From contig CAVVYZ010000001.1 in NCBI GenBank assembly GCA_963752595.1, positions 7,747-71,746 of the forward strand: a DNA stretch of 64,000 nucleotides. Direction: 5' to 3'. The translations under genes were made by a program, and so were the position numbers. Shown here one piece after another: positions 52,082 to 61,407 of this stretch (position 1 is its first letter; the number at the start of each line of letters is the position of its first letter). Below the pieces are notes generated by a model. It was given only the letters and a program-made list of their open reading frames with translations. It ran no database searches and had not been told where the DNA came from. The DNA is from an uncultured delta proteobacterium (GTDB lineage Bacteria > Desulfobacterota > Desulfomonilia > UBA1062).

Positions 52082-52898
52082 CTACGGCATGGCGGCCCTG
52101 ATCGGCCCGGGCATTTCGCAGGTGAGCCGGATCTCTGATTCGGTGCGGAGGAAGCAGGACGGATCTTCGCTTAAATAATCGCCTGAGTAAGCCATAGACC
52201 GTCCCCTGCAGCAGCCGCAGATGCTCCGGTAGCCGCACTCGCCGCATTTGCCCTTGAGCATGTTCTCACGGTTTCTTAAATGTTCGAATATCTCGCTGCT
52301 GCGCCAGATATCGTCGAAGGGCCGGGTGCGGACATTGCCTGCGCTGATCTTTACGAAGGGGCAGGGCCATGCATCACCGTTCGACTTGATGTAGACGTCC
52401 TGCTGCTTTTTTGCAAGGAACTTGAGCAGCCGCTCGTTCTCGTTGATCTTGAGCGTGGCGTCTTTGATAATCTCGCCCCTTCCCACGGGCACGAGCTGGT
52501 ACATGAGCATGATGCCCGAGCCCAGGTCGCCGGCAAGCTCCACGAGCTCGTCCATGTCGTGGATGTTGTACTGCATGGCCGTGCAGTTGATCTGCAGGGG
52601 GATTCCTGCCCTTTTCATGGCCCGGATGCCCCGCATGGCGAGCTCAAAGGTGTTGGGCTTGTTGCGCACGAAGTCGTGCACCTCGTCGTGCCAGGAATCG
52701 AGACTCACCGCAAGCCCATGCCGATGGACCCCGCAGCAATGGGCAGGGAGTTGAAGCCGTGTGTACATCCCAGCGGGGGAACTGCTTCCACTTGATCATG
52801 TGGGAAAAGAGCAGGGCGCTCCCCAGCTGGCGCATGACCAGGCTCGGGGGCCAGAAAATGGATTTCAGGGGCCAGTTCGCAATCTCGGTTATCTTCAT
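52082..52898 (-). pseudogene. Radical-SAM/SPASM-type protein remnant (no CxxxCxxC segment; frameshifted)
   Basis: The C-terminal two thirds match radical-SAM barrel plus SPASM motifs (AVSLDSWHDEVHDFVR..., CPFVKISAGNV, GKCGECGYRSICGCCRGR). Only about 66 codons lie upstream of the SLDS block, and no frame there contains the cluster-binding cysteines. Confidence 0.55.
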
Positions 52899-52902
52899 GG
52901 TG

Positions 52903-53868
52903 TTATCCCTTGAGAATAAGCCCTGCGCTGTAGGCAGCAGGGATGAGGAGGTTCGTTATGATTGTCGCTGCGCACATCCGTTCGAGTTTCTGCCTGTCCT
53001 GATACTCTCCCCGGGCCATGCCCAAGGCAGGGTAGAGGCCGCACAGGGCGACGACGGGGAAGAAACCCCAGGTGATCTCAGGTGCACCGGCCGGGATCGC
53101 CAGGGGGAAGGCAGCCACCGCACCCACTTGTGCCAGGGCATACAGCCATGCTGACTTCTGTTTCCCCAGCCGCACCGCGAGCGTCTTCTTGCCGGTCATG
53201 ACATCCGCCGGATAGTCGGGGAACTCGTTGATGAAAATCACGTTGAAGATGGTGAGCGCAATGGGGATACTCATCCAGTGGACCAGGGGATCGAACCGGG
53301 ATGTCTGGAGGTAGTAGGCAGCGGCAACCGGCAGCCATCCGTAGCAGAACCCGATGATGATCTCGCCGATGCCCCGCTCCACGATCCGTATGGGCTTCGT
53401 GGAATAAAAGAACCCCGAAAACAGGCCGATGGCGCCGAGCGGGATGGTCCAGGGACCGGTATCGTAATAGAACCGGAGGATGAGCCCGATGGCGATCGCA
53501 GCACCGGCGGACAGGTAGCCGGCGATCAGGGCATGGGAGGGCGGGACAACGCCCTGGGCGACAGCCTGGGACCCTCCGGTGAACTGGTTTCTCTCCAGCT
53601 TTGCCGAGAGCCTGTCGCCTTCCAGGTCATAGTATTCCCCCGACGTATAGGTCATCAGCATGATGAGGACCGCGGCAAGGATGCTCAGCGCGAACACGGG
53701 GAGATTGAATGTGCCGGTCGTCTTCCATGCGAGGACGGCACCCAGGAGAAAGGGCATGATCCCTACGGCGTGGAAAGGGAACCGTGCCATGACGAGCCAG
53801 CCTCTGATAAGGCCGGCCGTATCGTCGTGAGCCTGTGACCGTGCCATGCGATCCGCCTCTGCCCTCAA
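52903..53868 (-). CDS. UbiA-superfamily (MenA-like) prenyltransferase
   Basis: Polytopic membrane protein with two Asp-rich motifs (SGEYYDLEGD and NEFPDYPAD). Confidence 0.85.
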   Translation of the reverse strand: MRAEADRMARSQAHDDTAGLIRGWLVMARFPFHAVGIMPFLLGAVLAWKTTGTFNLPVFALSILAAVLIMLMTYTSGEYYDLEGDRLSAKLERNQFTGGSQAVAQGVVPPSHALIAGYLSAGAAIAIGLILRFYYDTGPWTIPLGAIGLFSGFFYSTKPIRIVERGIGEIIIGFCYGWLPVAAAYYLQTSRFDPLVHWMSIPIALTIFNVIFINEFPDYPADVMTGKKTLAVRLGKQKSAWLYALAQVGAVAAFPLAIPAGAPEITWGFFPVVALCGLYPALGMARGEYQDRQKLERMCAATIITNLLIPAAYSAGLILKG

Positions 53869-54116
53869 GGCAAGCCGGGCATATGTCCGGAAGACCTTTG
53901 TAAGTATATGAGGATATGTGAAAAAGGAAGCTAGTAAATATCCCGGGCTATGTCAATGACAGGAGAGATATCACCAACTAGAGACAATACATAGTCATTT
54001 CAATTCCAGTTTGCTTAAGATTTCTCCGAATAGCATAGTCAGAGGCCGGCCACGATCAAGAGACTGCTGCTGAAATGGAGTTCGCCACTGACCCCATCAT
54101 GCGACCCTATCTTGAT

Positions 54117-54509
54117 TCACTCATACCCTAGCTCGATAAGCCTTTCTTCGCTTATTCCGAAGTAGTGGGCGATCTCATGCACGATTGTGATCTCGATTTC
54201 CTGCTCCAGCTCGGACATGTCTCTGCAGATGGCAAGGAGCGGCTCCTTGAACAGGATGATGGTGTCGGGATACGGCGACGGCCAGGTAGCGGACCGCTCG
54301 GGGAGCGAGGTCCCGGTGTACAGGCCTAGAAGGGGCTCGTCGGCAGGCAGGCCCAGGTCATCGAGCAGCTCGGGCCACGGTCTGTCCTCCACAGTGATGG
54401 CGACATTACTCACCTGCTGCATGATCTCATCGGGTATCCGGTCAAGCGCGCTGCCTGCGATCCGGGCAAATTCCATATCGCTTAAGCTCATCATGGAAAA
54501 ATGATACAT
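54117..54509 (-). CDS. Small zincin-like metallopeptidase-family protein (DUF1025 type)
   Basis: 130 aa with HEIAHYFG near the C-terminus. Confidence 0.7.
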   Translation of the reverse strand: MYHFSMMSLSDMEFARIAGSALDRIPDEIMQQVSNVAITVEDRPWPELLDDLGLPADEPLLGLYTGTSLPERSATWPSPYPDTIILFKEPLLAICRDMSELEQEIEITIVHEIAHYFGISEERLIELGYE

Positions 54510-54824
54510 GAAAACGTGGGTGAAATCGATTGTTGCATGTACGTGTAACCGGCAATCCCCATGTGATTCTGTCCTTGGCCCTTTGTATTTTTTGCAAGAA
54601 TCCGCAATTTCAAGAATGTGGCGGTCACATATTGATTTCCAGTCCCAGAACTTTATTATACTGTAATATTATATTTTACATTTTGACTTTTGTAATGAGA
54701 CGCAACTCAGACGCGATCATTTTAATAACAGGAGGGAGCGCCTATGACCTGAAAAGTCTTTTGTCTCATACGTTCGGCGGCAGTCGTGATTTCAAGGCAA
54801 TTAAAAATCGAGGAGGTTGAAAGG

Positions 54825-56150
54825 ATGAAATCTCGTAATGTATTCATCACACTTGCAGGAGTTTTATTCATTGCGTTCTTTGCAGGCAGTGCCTTTGCGG
54901 GCGATACATTTAAGCTGGTCTACTATGACGGGCACATACACACCTACCGTTCCGACGGCAACGGCTCTGTTGTCAACATCAAGGAAATGGCGCTGAGACG
55001 AGGTCTGAACGCGGTCGTCGTCACCGACCATTGCAGGATGCTGACCAGGGAAGAATGGGCGTCTCTGGTTTCGGAATGCAGTGCGGCCTCGGATGAAACC
55101 TTCCTTGCCCTGCCGGGATTTGAAGTCACCGGCAGCGACGGCATCTTCAACCGCACCCACATAAACGCACTCGGCGTTTCGGATCCCTTTGCCGGAAACG
55201 ACAGTGACTGTCTCTGCCCCGAGGAGGTATGGCCGTCCCCACCCAACCCGGCCGGTACCGGGGCTTTGTATCCGGAAAACCTGACGGAATGGGTTGGCTA
55301 TATCCACTCCCAGGGAGGAATTGCAGTGCACAACCATCCGTCGGGAACCACCAAGCTCATGTACGGTGTAAATGCCATGGAGGTCTATAACCAGGGCCAT
55401 GTCGACGATGTTGCCGGCTATGCAAAAATGCTCGGTTACTCGGATTCACAGGCCTGGCAGTTCGGCATGACGCTGAATAATTTTGCACTCTACGGCGAAA
55501 GGGACGTGAATACACTCGTTCCGTTCCCCGGCTACGGAATGATCCCCCTGAGGTACGCTCTGTATTATGCGACGCAGTACTTCGAGCCCTATGTCGGCCA
55601 GTGGCTGGGCGCACCACAGGCGCCCTTGAGCTCGTGGGACCAGCTTCTCATGGCCTATGTGAACGGCACTGCCCGCGATCCCATCTTCGGCCTGGCCAAT
55701 AGCGATGCCCACAACACAAACGATCTTGACTGCACGGACGGCAGCTGTTCGAAGGTAGGGATGGGCAAGAACGGTGCCTATGTGAAAGAGCTCACTGCCG
55801 GGGAGCTATATAAGGCCATCAAGGCCGGACGCACCTTTGCCACTACCGGTCCGTCACTTAACCTCGACGTCAACAGCGAGCTCATGGGTGATACGGCATA
55901 CATCCTCGACGGCGCGGCCGAGATCAACCTGAGTGTTGATTCGGAAACTCCCGGCTTCATAGTGGCCAGGATCGACATCATAAAGAACGGCGTGGTCTGG
56001 AAAACGATAACACCGTACCTGCCCGCCTGTGATTTCTCGTTTGAAGATGTCGTGGCCGGGGACGGTTATTACCGGGTCGAGGTCACTACCTACAGCAGCA
56101 GGGGCTACCAGTTCGCCTGGTCGAATCCGGTGTTTGTCAGGGTAGAGTAG
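54825..56150 (+). CDS. Secreted PHP-domain (CehA/McbA-like) metallohydrolase
   Basis: GAGGAGG plus ATG at 54825, a signal peptide ...AGSAFA and PHP motifs YDGHIHTYRSDG, VVVTDH, VHNHP and NSDAH are present. Confidence 0.75.
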   Translation: MKSRNVFITLAGVLFIAFFAGSAFAGDTFKLVYYDGHIHTYRSDGNGSVVNIKEMALRRGLNAVVVTDHCRMLTREEWASLVSECSAASDETFLALPGFEVTGSDGIFNRTHINALGVSDPFAGNDSDCLCPEEVWPSPPNPAGTGALYPENLTEWVGYIHSQGGIAVHNHPSGTTKLMYGVNAMEVYNQGHVDDVAGYAKMLGYSDSQAWQFGMTLNNFALYGERDVNTLVPFPGYGMIPLRYALYYATQYFEPYVGQWLGAPQAPLSSWDQLLMAYVNGTARDPIFGLANSDAHNTNDLDCTDGSCSKVGMGKNGAYVKELTAGELYKAIKAGRTFATTGPSLNLDVNSELMGDTAYILDGAAEINLSVDSETPGFIVARIDIIKNGVVWKTITPYLPACDFSFEDVVAGDGYYRVEVTTYSSRGYQFAWSNPVFVRVE

Positions 56151-56183
56151 TACGTACCCGCTTTATTGAGATTGCACGTCTTT

Positions 56184-56226
56184 CATGCGGTCCGGCCGCA
56201 GGAGCAAGAGAGGGCTGGACCGCATG
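56184..56226 (+). other. Perfect 10-bp-stem hairpin between the PHP hydrolase and amidase genes
   Basis: CATGCGGTCC (56184-56193) pairs with GGACCGCATG (56217-56226) around a 23-nt loop. There is no U-tract, so it could be a terminator-like or a regulatory stem. Confidence 0.35.
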
Positions 56227-56368
56227 GGGGAGGCTGACCCGGGAACAGCACGGATTCATTCTTGAATGGGAAGAGGAAGGTTGATTATTTATTATCGCTT
56301 AGCCTCGTTTTAGTTTCCATATCCGATAATCTGAAGTAAAATCCGACCATTTGCAGGAGGAGGGTGAT

Positions 56369-58048
56369 ATGAATACAAGTTTCCGGTGCTGTTCGGCGGG
56401 GAAAATACTTGCGGCGGCCTGTTTCGCGGTATGCTTCTTCTTGGTGACGGGCCTGTTCTTCACCGCCTCTGCCGATGAGCCGGCAGGTGAGGCACTGTCA
56501 CGGCACGATCTCGTGTTCCTGCCTGCGTATAAACTTGCCGAGATGATCCGTACCGGCAAGGTCACTTCGAGCGAGGCCGTAGAGGCATACCTGGACCGGA
56601 TCGCAAAGGTCAATCCCCGCCTGAAAGCCATTGTCACCCTGGATGCCGACGGGGCACGGAACCGTGCCCGGGAAGCAGATGAGGCCCTGCGCCGGGGTGA
56701 GGTCTGGGGGCCGCTCCATGGCGTTCCCATAACCATCAAGGACAACATAGCAACCAAAGGGATAAAAACCACCAGCAGCATGCCGGATCTGGCCGAATAT
56801 GTACCTCAATACGATGCAACAGTCGTAGTGCGGCTGAAGAAGGCAGGTGCGGTCATCCTCGGCAAGACAAACCTTCCGCCCATGGCTATGGACCTGCAGA
56901 CCAACAGCTTAATCTTCGGCATTGCGAACAATCCGTGGGATCTCAAGCGGACCACCGGAGGATCTTCCGGCGGAGAAGCAGCTGCTGTGGCCGCCGGACT
57001 TACCGCTCTCGGCTTCGGCAATGACATCGGCGGGTCTATCCGTATCCCCTCGCACTTCTGCGGTATCTACGGCATCAAGCCGACTGAGAACTTCACCTCC
57101 ACCTTCGGCGTCTCTCCGGGGAGAAGAAGCTACGGCATCCGGGCTGTCCGCCACCTGACCTGCAGCGGCCCTCTTGCCCGTTCCATCGAAGATCTGAAGC
57201 TGGCGCTGTCCGTCATTGCCGGGCCGGATACGAAGGAGCCTGACATTCCCTGGGTAGATCTGGCACAGGCCCCTGACAGGGAGATAAAAGATCTTCGCAT
57301 CACATGGACCGATAATTTTGACGATGTCCCGGTTTCGGCGGAGACTAGAGCGGCACTGAAAGCCTTTGCCGAAAAACTCGAAGCCCGGGGTTGTAAAGTG
57401 GAGAGGCTGAAAGGCAGTATCTTCGAACCCCACCTTAAGGTCATGAGCGACGAGTGGAAGGATCTTTACGCTGTGAAGTCATCGGAGGTCATGGCAGTCG
57501 ATTTCAAATCCGCATGGACCACCTACGGCAAGCTCATGGACTTCGAGCTCGGGGAATACCAGCCATCCTTTTTCAGGCTTGTGAGTTATCTGAGCGGGCG
57601 GTGGTACCGCAAGGGTGTCCCCATGATCACCATGGCCTATCCCCACAGCTATGAGAAATACCTGAAGACTATGACGGAAAGAGACTTTTTCGTCTCAGCA
57701 ATGGATGCCTTTCTCTCGGAAAGGGATGTCCTCCTCTGCCCGGTGACCTCGACCCCTGCCTTCGAGCACATTGCTCCCTGGATGTACTTCGGTCCGTTCG
57801 CGGTTTATAAAGACCCGATGATCGTAGACGGCCGGCCCGTGAAATACCTGGTGGCGAATATGTCCTATACCACCATTTTCAACCTCACCGGCAACCCTGT
57901 AGTGGTGATCCCCATCGGCTATACGAAGGACGGCCTTCCCATCGGCGTCCAGATCGTCGGGAAGCGCTGGCGCGACATGGAGCTGCTCGCTATCGCCGGG
58001 CAGATCGACAAGGTTGCATCTGCATACCGGAAGCCCTCCGGGTATTAA
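56369..58048 (+). CDS. Amidase-signature family amidase with an N-terminal signal/anchor
   Basis: The amidase-signature motif GGSSGGEAAAVAAG with upstream KDN and a hydrophobic N-terminus are present. GGAGGAGGG precedes the ATG at 56369. Confidence 0.9.
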   Translation: MNTSFRCCSAGKILAAACFAVCFFLVTGLFFTASADEPAGEALSRHDLVFLPAYKLAEMIRTGKVTSSEAVEAYLDRIAKVNPRLKAIVTLDADGARNRAREADEALRRGEVWGPLHGVPITIKDNIATKGIKTTSSMPDLAEYVPQYDATVVVRLKKAGAVILGKTNLPPMAMDLQTNSLIFGIANNPWDLKRTTGGSSGGEAAAVAAGLTALGFGNDIGGSIRIPSHFCGIYGIKPTENFTSTFGVSPGRRSYGIRAVRHLTCSGPLARSIEDLKLALSVIAGPDTKEPDIPWVDLAQAPDREIKDLRITWTDNFDDVPVSAETRAALKAFAEKLEARGCKVERLKGSIFEPHLKVMSDEWKDLYAVKSSEVMAVDFKSAWTTYGKLMDFELGEYQPSFFRLVSYLSGRWYRKGVPMITMAYPHSYEKYLKTMTERDFFVSAMDAFLSERDVLLCPVTSTPAFEHIAPWMYFGPFAVYKDPMIVDGRPVKYLVANMSYTTIFNLTGNPVVVIPIGYTKDGLPIGVQIVGKRWRDMELLAIAGQIDKVASAYRKPSGY

Positions 58049-58071
58049 CCGCGGAAGTGGTCTGATCACCT

Positions 58072-58120
58072 TATCTGCCTGCCGGTGAATTCTCGTTTGA
58101 AGATGTCATGGCCGGGAACG
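58072..58120 (+). repeat. 49-nt relic resembling the 3' coding region of the PHP hydrolase gene
   Basis: 58072-58120 aligns with 56026-56074 with 7 mismatches. It would encode LPAGEFSFEDVMAGNG versus LPACDFSFEDVVAGDG. That frame is closed just upstream (TGA at 58062). Confidence 0.8.
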
Positions 58121-58312
58121 GCGGAATCTTAAACGAAAAAAGAGTAATCGTTGCGGGAAATTTCCTCTCGCATTCTCATGAACCTATTCATTTTAAGCAA
58201 CATCATTATACTATGTGGTAGAACCATAAATCCTCAACCGGGAGGACAGCTCGCGTATCCCTTTTTGCGTGCATGAAAACGATAGTACCCGGTTCTCATC
58301 AACCATAGCCGA

Positions 58313-59172
58313 TTGAGAGCAAAAAAGAACGTGGATGAAAAGAACCGTTCAAAGCATAACGAAACAAGGATGAGACAGGAGTTCGAAGAGCTCAGTGCAG
58401 TCTACAGCTCGGTGCCTATCGGGCTGTGCGTCCTCGACAGGCACCTGAGGTATGTCAGGGTAAACAGGCGCCTGGCCGAGATCAACGGCGTTCCCGAAGC
58501 CGAACACATGGGAAAGAGTTTAAGCGAAGTCATCCCTTTTCCAGTCTCCGACACGATCGAGTCTCTGGCCCGTAAAGTACTGGAAACCGGTGATCCGGTT
58601 TACAATAGAGAAATACCGGGGCCTTTGGTTTCCGGGCAGGCAGGACAGCGTTGCTGGAACGTTCATATGTTCCCCATCAAAGAAGAAAACGGCCAAGTGC
58701 GTGCAGTCAACATGACGGTCGAAGAGATCACCGAGCGCAAGCAGACCGAGTCGGCCCTGCGGGAGAGCGATGAACAATTCCGCGCCATGTTCGATCAACG
58801 AATGTGGGAATTGCCCAGGCCGAGCCTTTCACGGGGAGGCTTCTGCGCGTAAACGAAACCTCTGCAAACATGCTCGGCTTCACCGTTACGGAATTGACCG
58901 GTACCCCGTTCTCTCAAGTGACGCACCCGGATGACCGTCAGGAAAACTGGGAAGGGTTCTCACGCCTCGTGCGGGGGGAAATAGGCACCTACATGGTCGA
59001 GAAGCGATTCCTCCGCAAGAATGGCGACATCGTATGGGCCCTGGTCACGGCCGATCTTGTCCGGGTTCGGCACGGTGACCCTGAACGCCGTCATGTTCAT
59101 CCACTCGAGAGGCGACTCGGCCCTGTTATCCCCTCAATTACATGCAATTTTTTACAAATGTTTTACCCATGA
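58313..59172 (+). pseudogene. PAS-PAS sensor fragment without an output domain (frameshifted, 3'-truncated)
   Basis: Two PAS blocks sit in different frames (58313-58852, 58804-59172). The second degenerates after DIVWALVTADL, and no kinase or other output follows. Confidence 0.6.
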
Positions 59173-59330
59173 CATGCTCGAAACAGGATATAAGGACGGC
59201 ATGCTGACCTATGTCATCATGATTGCCGGGGCATTCACCTTAAAGCCGCACTGCATACGCAAAAGCGGTTCTGGTGTGAGCGAACATGCGCAAACCACTT
59301 CTTGGAACTATGGTTGGAGGATAGAGGGTA

Positions 59331-60416
59331 ATGAATTATGATCTGTTGTTTCTTGCCGGGAAAAACGCATGGGAGCGGATTCATGACGGAGGCCTCGCCC
59401 CCGAAGACATCACGGTTGTAGCAGGTGCCGCAGGGGCAGCCAAGTGGCTGGTCATCTCCGAGCTCGACAAGATCATCTTCAGCCGGTGGATGAAAGACCG
59501 CATCAAGCCGCTTCTTCTGTACGGGACTTCAATCGGCTCATGGAAGCTTGCCTCAGCCACCCTGAGCGACCCGGTATCCGCGATCGACGCCCTTGCGGAT
59601 GCCTATACCCAACAGCGATACAATGGCCGCATCACACCGAAGAAGGTCAAGGAGGAATGCCGCAAGATACTTGATGCATGCTTTCCCAAGGAGCGTATTT
59701 CGGAAATCCTCAACCACCCCGTGATGCGCTTCAACCTTACTGCAGTCAGATGCAGAGGCGTTACCGGCTCCGAAAAAATTTCCGTCCAGTTTCTCGGGCT
59801 CGCCTTGGCGTTTCTGCTCAACAGGGTCAGCCGTAAGTTTCTCTCGGTTTTCTTCGAGCGGGCGTTCTTCTACGATCCCCGGGAGAATCCGGCCTTCTTC
59901 CAAAAAAGCGAGTTTCCCATCCAGAGGGTGCCTCTGGATGACGAGAATTTCCGTCATGCCCTGCTTGCCACAAGCTCCATACCCTTGGTTATGGGAGGGA
60001 TACGGGACATCGCCGGCGCAGAAGCCGGTGTCTACCGGGACGGCGGTATCCTCGACTACCACCCGGCATCATTTTCTCCGAAAGAGGAGAAAGGCATCAT
60101 CCTCTATCCGCATTTCTCCACCAGGCTCATTCCCGGATGGTTCGACAAGAAGATTCGCAGGCGCAGCGCCGACCCTGAACACATGAAGGACATGCTCATG
60201 CTGGTTCCCTCGCCTGAGTTCGTTTCCCGCCTCCCCTACGGCCGCATCCCCGACAGGGCGGACTTCAAGACCTTTGACGGCCGTGATGCGGAGCGGATAG
60301 CCTTCTGGAAGGAAGCGACATCCAAGGGAAAAAGGCTGGCAGACGCCTTCATGGAAAGCGTGCTCAGCGGATCGATCCGGACACAAGTCAGGAGACTGGA
60401 AGCTCTTCCGAGTTAG
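59331..60416 (+). CDS. Patatin-like phospholipase-family protein (divergent)
   Basis: A GxSxG block (YGTSIGS) and a DGG block (YRDGGILDYHP) are correctly spaced. The glycine-rich loop is degenerate (AGAAGAAKW). Confidence 0.6.
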   Translation: MNYDLLFLAGKNAWERIHDGGLAPEDITVVAGAAGAAKWLVISELDKIIFSRWMKDRIKPLLLYGTSIGSWKLASATLSDPVSAIDALADAYTQQRYNGRITPKKVKEECRKILDACFPKERISEILNHPVMRFNLTAVRCRGVTGSEKISVQFLGLALAFLLNRVSRKFLSVFFERAFFYDPRENPAFFQKSEFPIQRVPLDDENFRHALLATSSIPLVMGGIRDIAGAEAGVYRDGGILDYHPASFSPKEEKGIILYPHFSTRLIPGWFDKKIRRRSADPEHMKDMLMLVPSPEFVSRLPYGRIPDRADFKTFDGRDAERIAFWKEATSKGKRLADAFMESVLSGSIRTQVRRLEALPS

Positions 60417-60521
60417 CCGGCGTGCCGGGACCGTTATGCCAATCGGCCGATCCTCGCTCTGACCGGGCGGGAAGCAAGACCTGATCCACATTCGATTAAC
60501 CGTCCTTCCGGCATCCGTCCT

Positions 60522-60785
60522 TCAAGCAGGCGGAAAATAGTGGCTCAAGTAATCCGCTATCTCCAGCGGAGGGTAGGGGAATGCGAGCAGGCAACCAGTG
60601 CTGTCAGTAAGCGCATCCATATCCTGCCGGATGACATCCGAAGGCATCACCTCCTGTTCATAGTCTCCGGGGATATTTTCATTTCCTGTCCGGTAACTGT
60701 CAGTCCGCATTGTCCTTTCCATTCCTCCCTTTGTTCGCGATCTTTCATCTCCCAGTGCTGAAGGGCATTCAGATCTCGTTGACAT
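60522..60785 (-). CDS. Hypothetical 87-aa protein
   Basis: A strong SD (AAAGGAGGTG) lies 6 nt upstream of the ATG at 60785. I recognise no family. Confidence 0.4.
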   Translation of the reverse strand: MSTRSECPSALGDERSRTKGGMERTMRTDSYRTGNENIPGDYEQEVMPSDVIRQDMDALTDSTGCLLAFPYPPLEIADYLSHYFPPA

Positions 60786-61005
60786 AGTCCCACCTCCTTT
60801 GAAGCCTCTCTTCTGTCGTTGGGTGATAGGAGGTAATGTGTCTGTAGGGTCTCTTTAGGAATATTCAAGATAGATGAGATGATTCCAGTTCTTTCTTTTG
60901 TGCCCGGATACGAAATTGGGATTCTCACTGCAAAGCTGAATTGATTTACCTTCTTGGGAATTCATTATTCATTATGTAGATCATCAAACAAGATAGCACG
61001 ATAAG

Positions 61006-61407
61006 ATGACTGTAAAAGGATATATCATAAGAGAAGCTGAGACGCATGATGCATCCGCCATTGCCTCGCTCATCACCCAGCCGGGGTACCCCGTTTCCAC
61101 GGAAGAGATGGCGGGGAGAGTAAAGATCCTGTTCTCAATGCCGCAATATATGACCTTTGTCGCAGAGGCTGGGGGCGATGTTGTCGGGCTTGTCGGGGCC
61201 TATATGGGGCATTCCTGGAGTTCTCAGGGATGTATGGAAGGCTGCGGTAAGCATACCTTCAGAGAAGAAGCTGCCTTACGGCTAATGACCGTGCAAAGGG
61301 GATGCGAAATGCCGAGTGAGAACACGAGGCTCTCGCTTTCACGCCGGACTCAACATTTGCGGCATTTGGGTCTACCCGGATTTTTCTCCTTAATGTCTAT
61401 GCATTGA
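61006..61407 (+). pseudogene. GNAT acetyltransferase 5' fragment
   Basis: The first roughly 70 aa look GNAT-like (IREAETHDASAIASL...FVAEAGGDVVGLVGAYMGH). The acetyl-CoA-binding R/QxxGxG/A block is absent from all frames downstream. Confidence 0.45.

Noticed and set aside
60647-60928. A 93-aa minus-strand ORF overlapping the 87-aa ORF
   Set aside because: It has no SD and overlaps, in another frame, the ORF at 60522-60785 that does have a strong SD.
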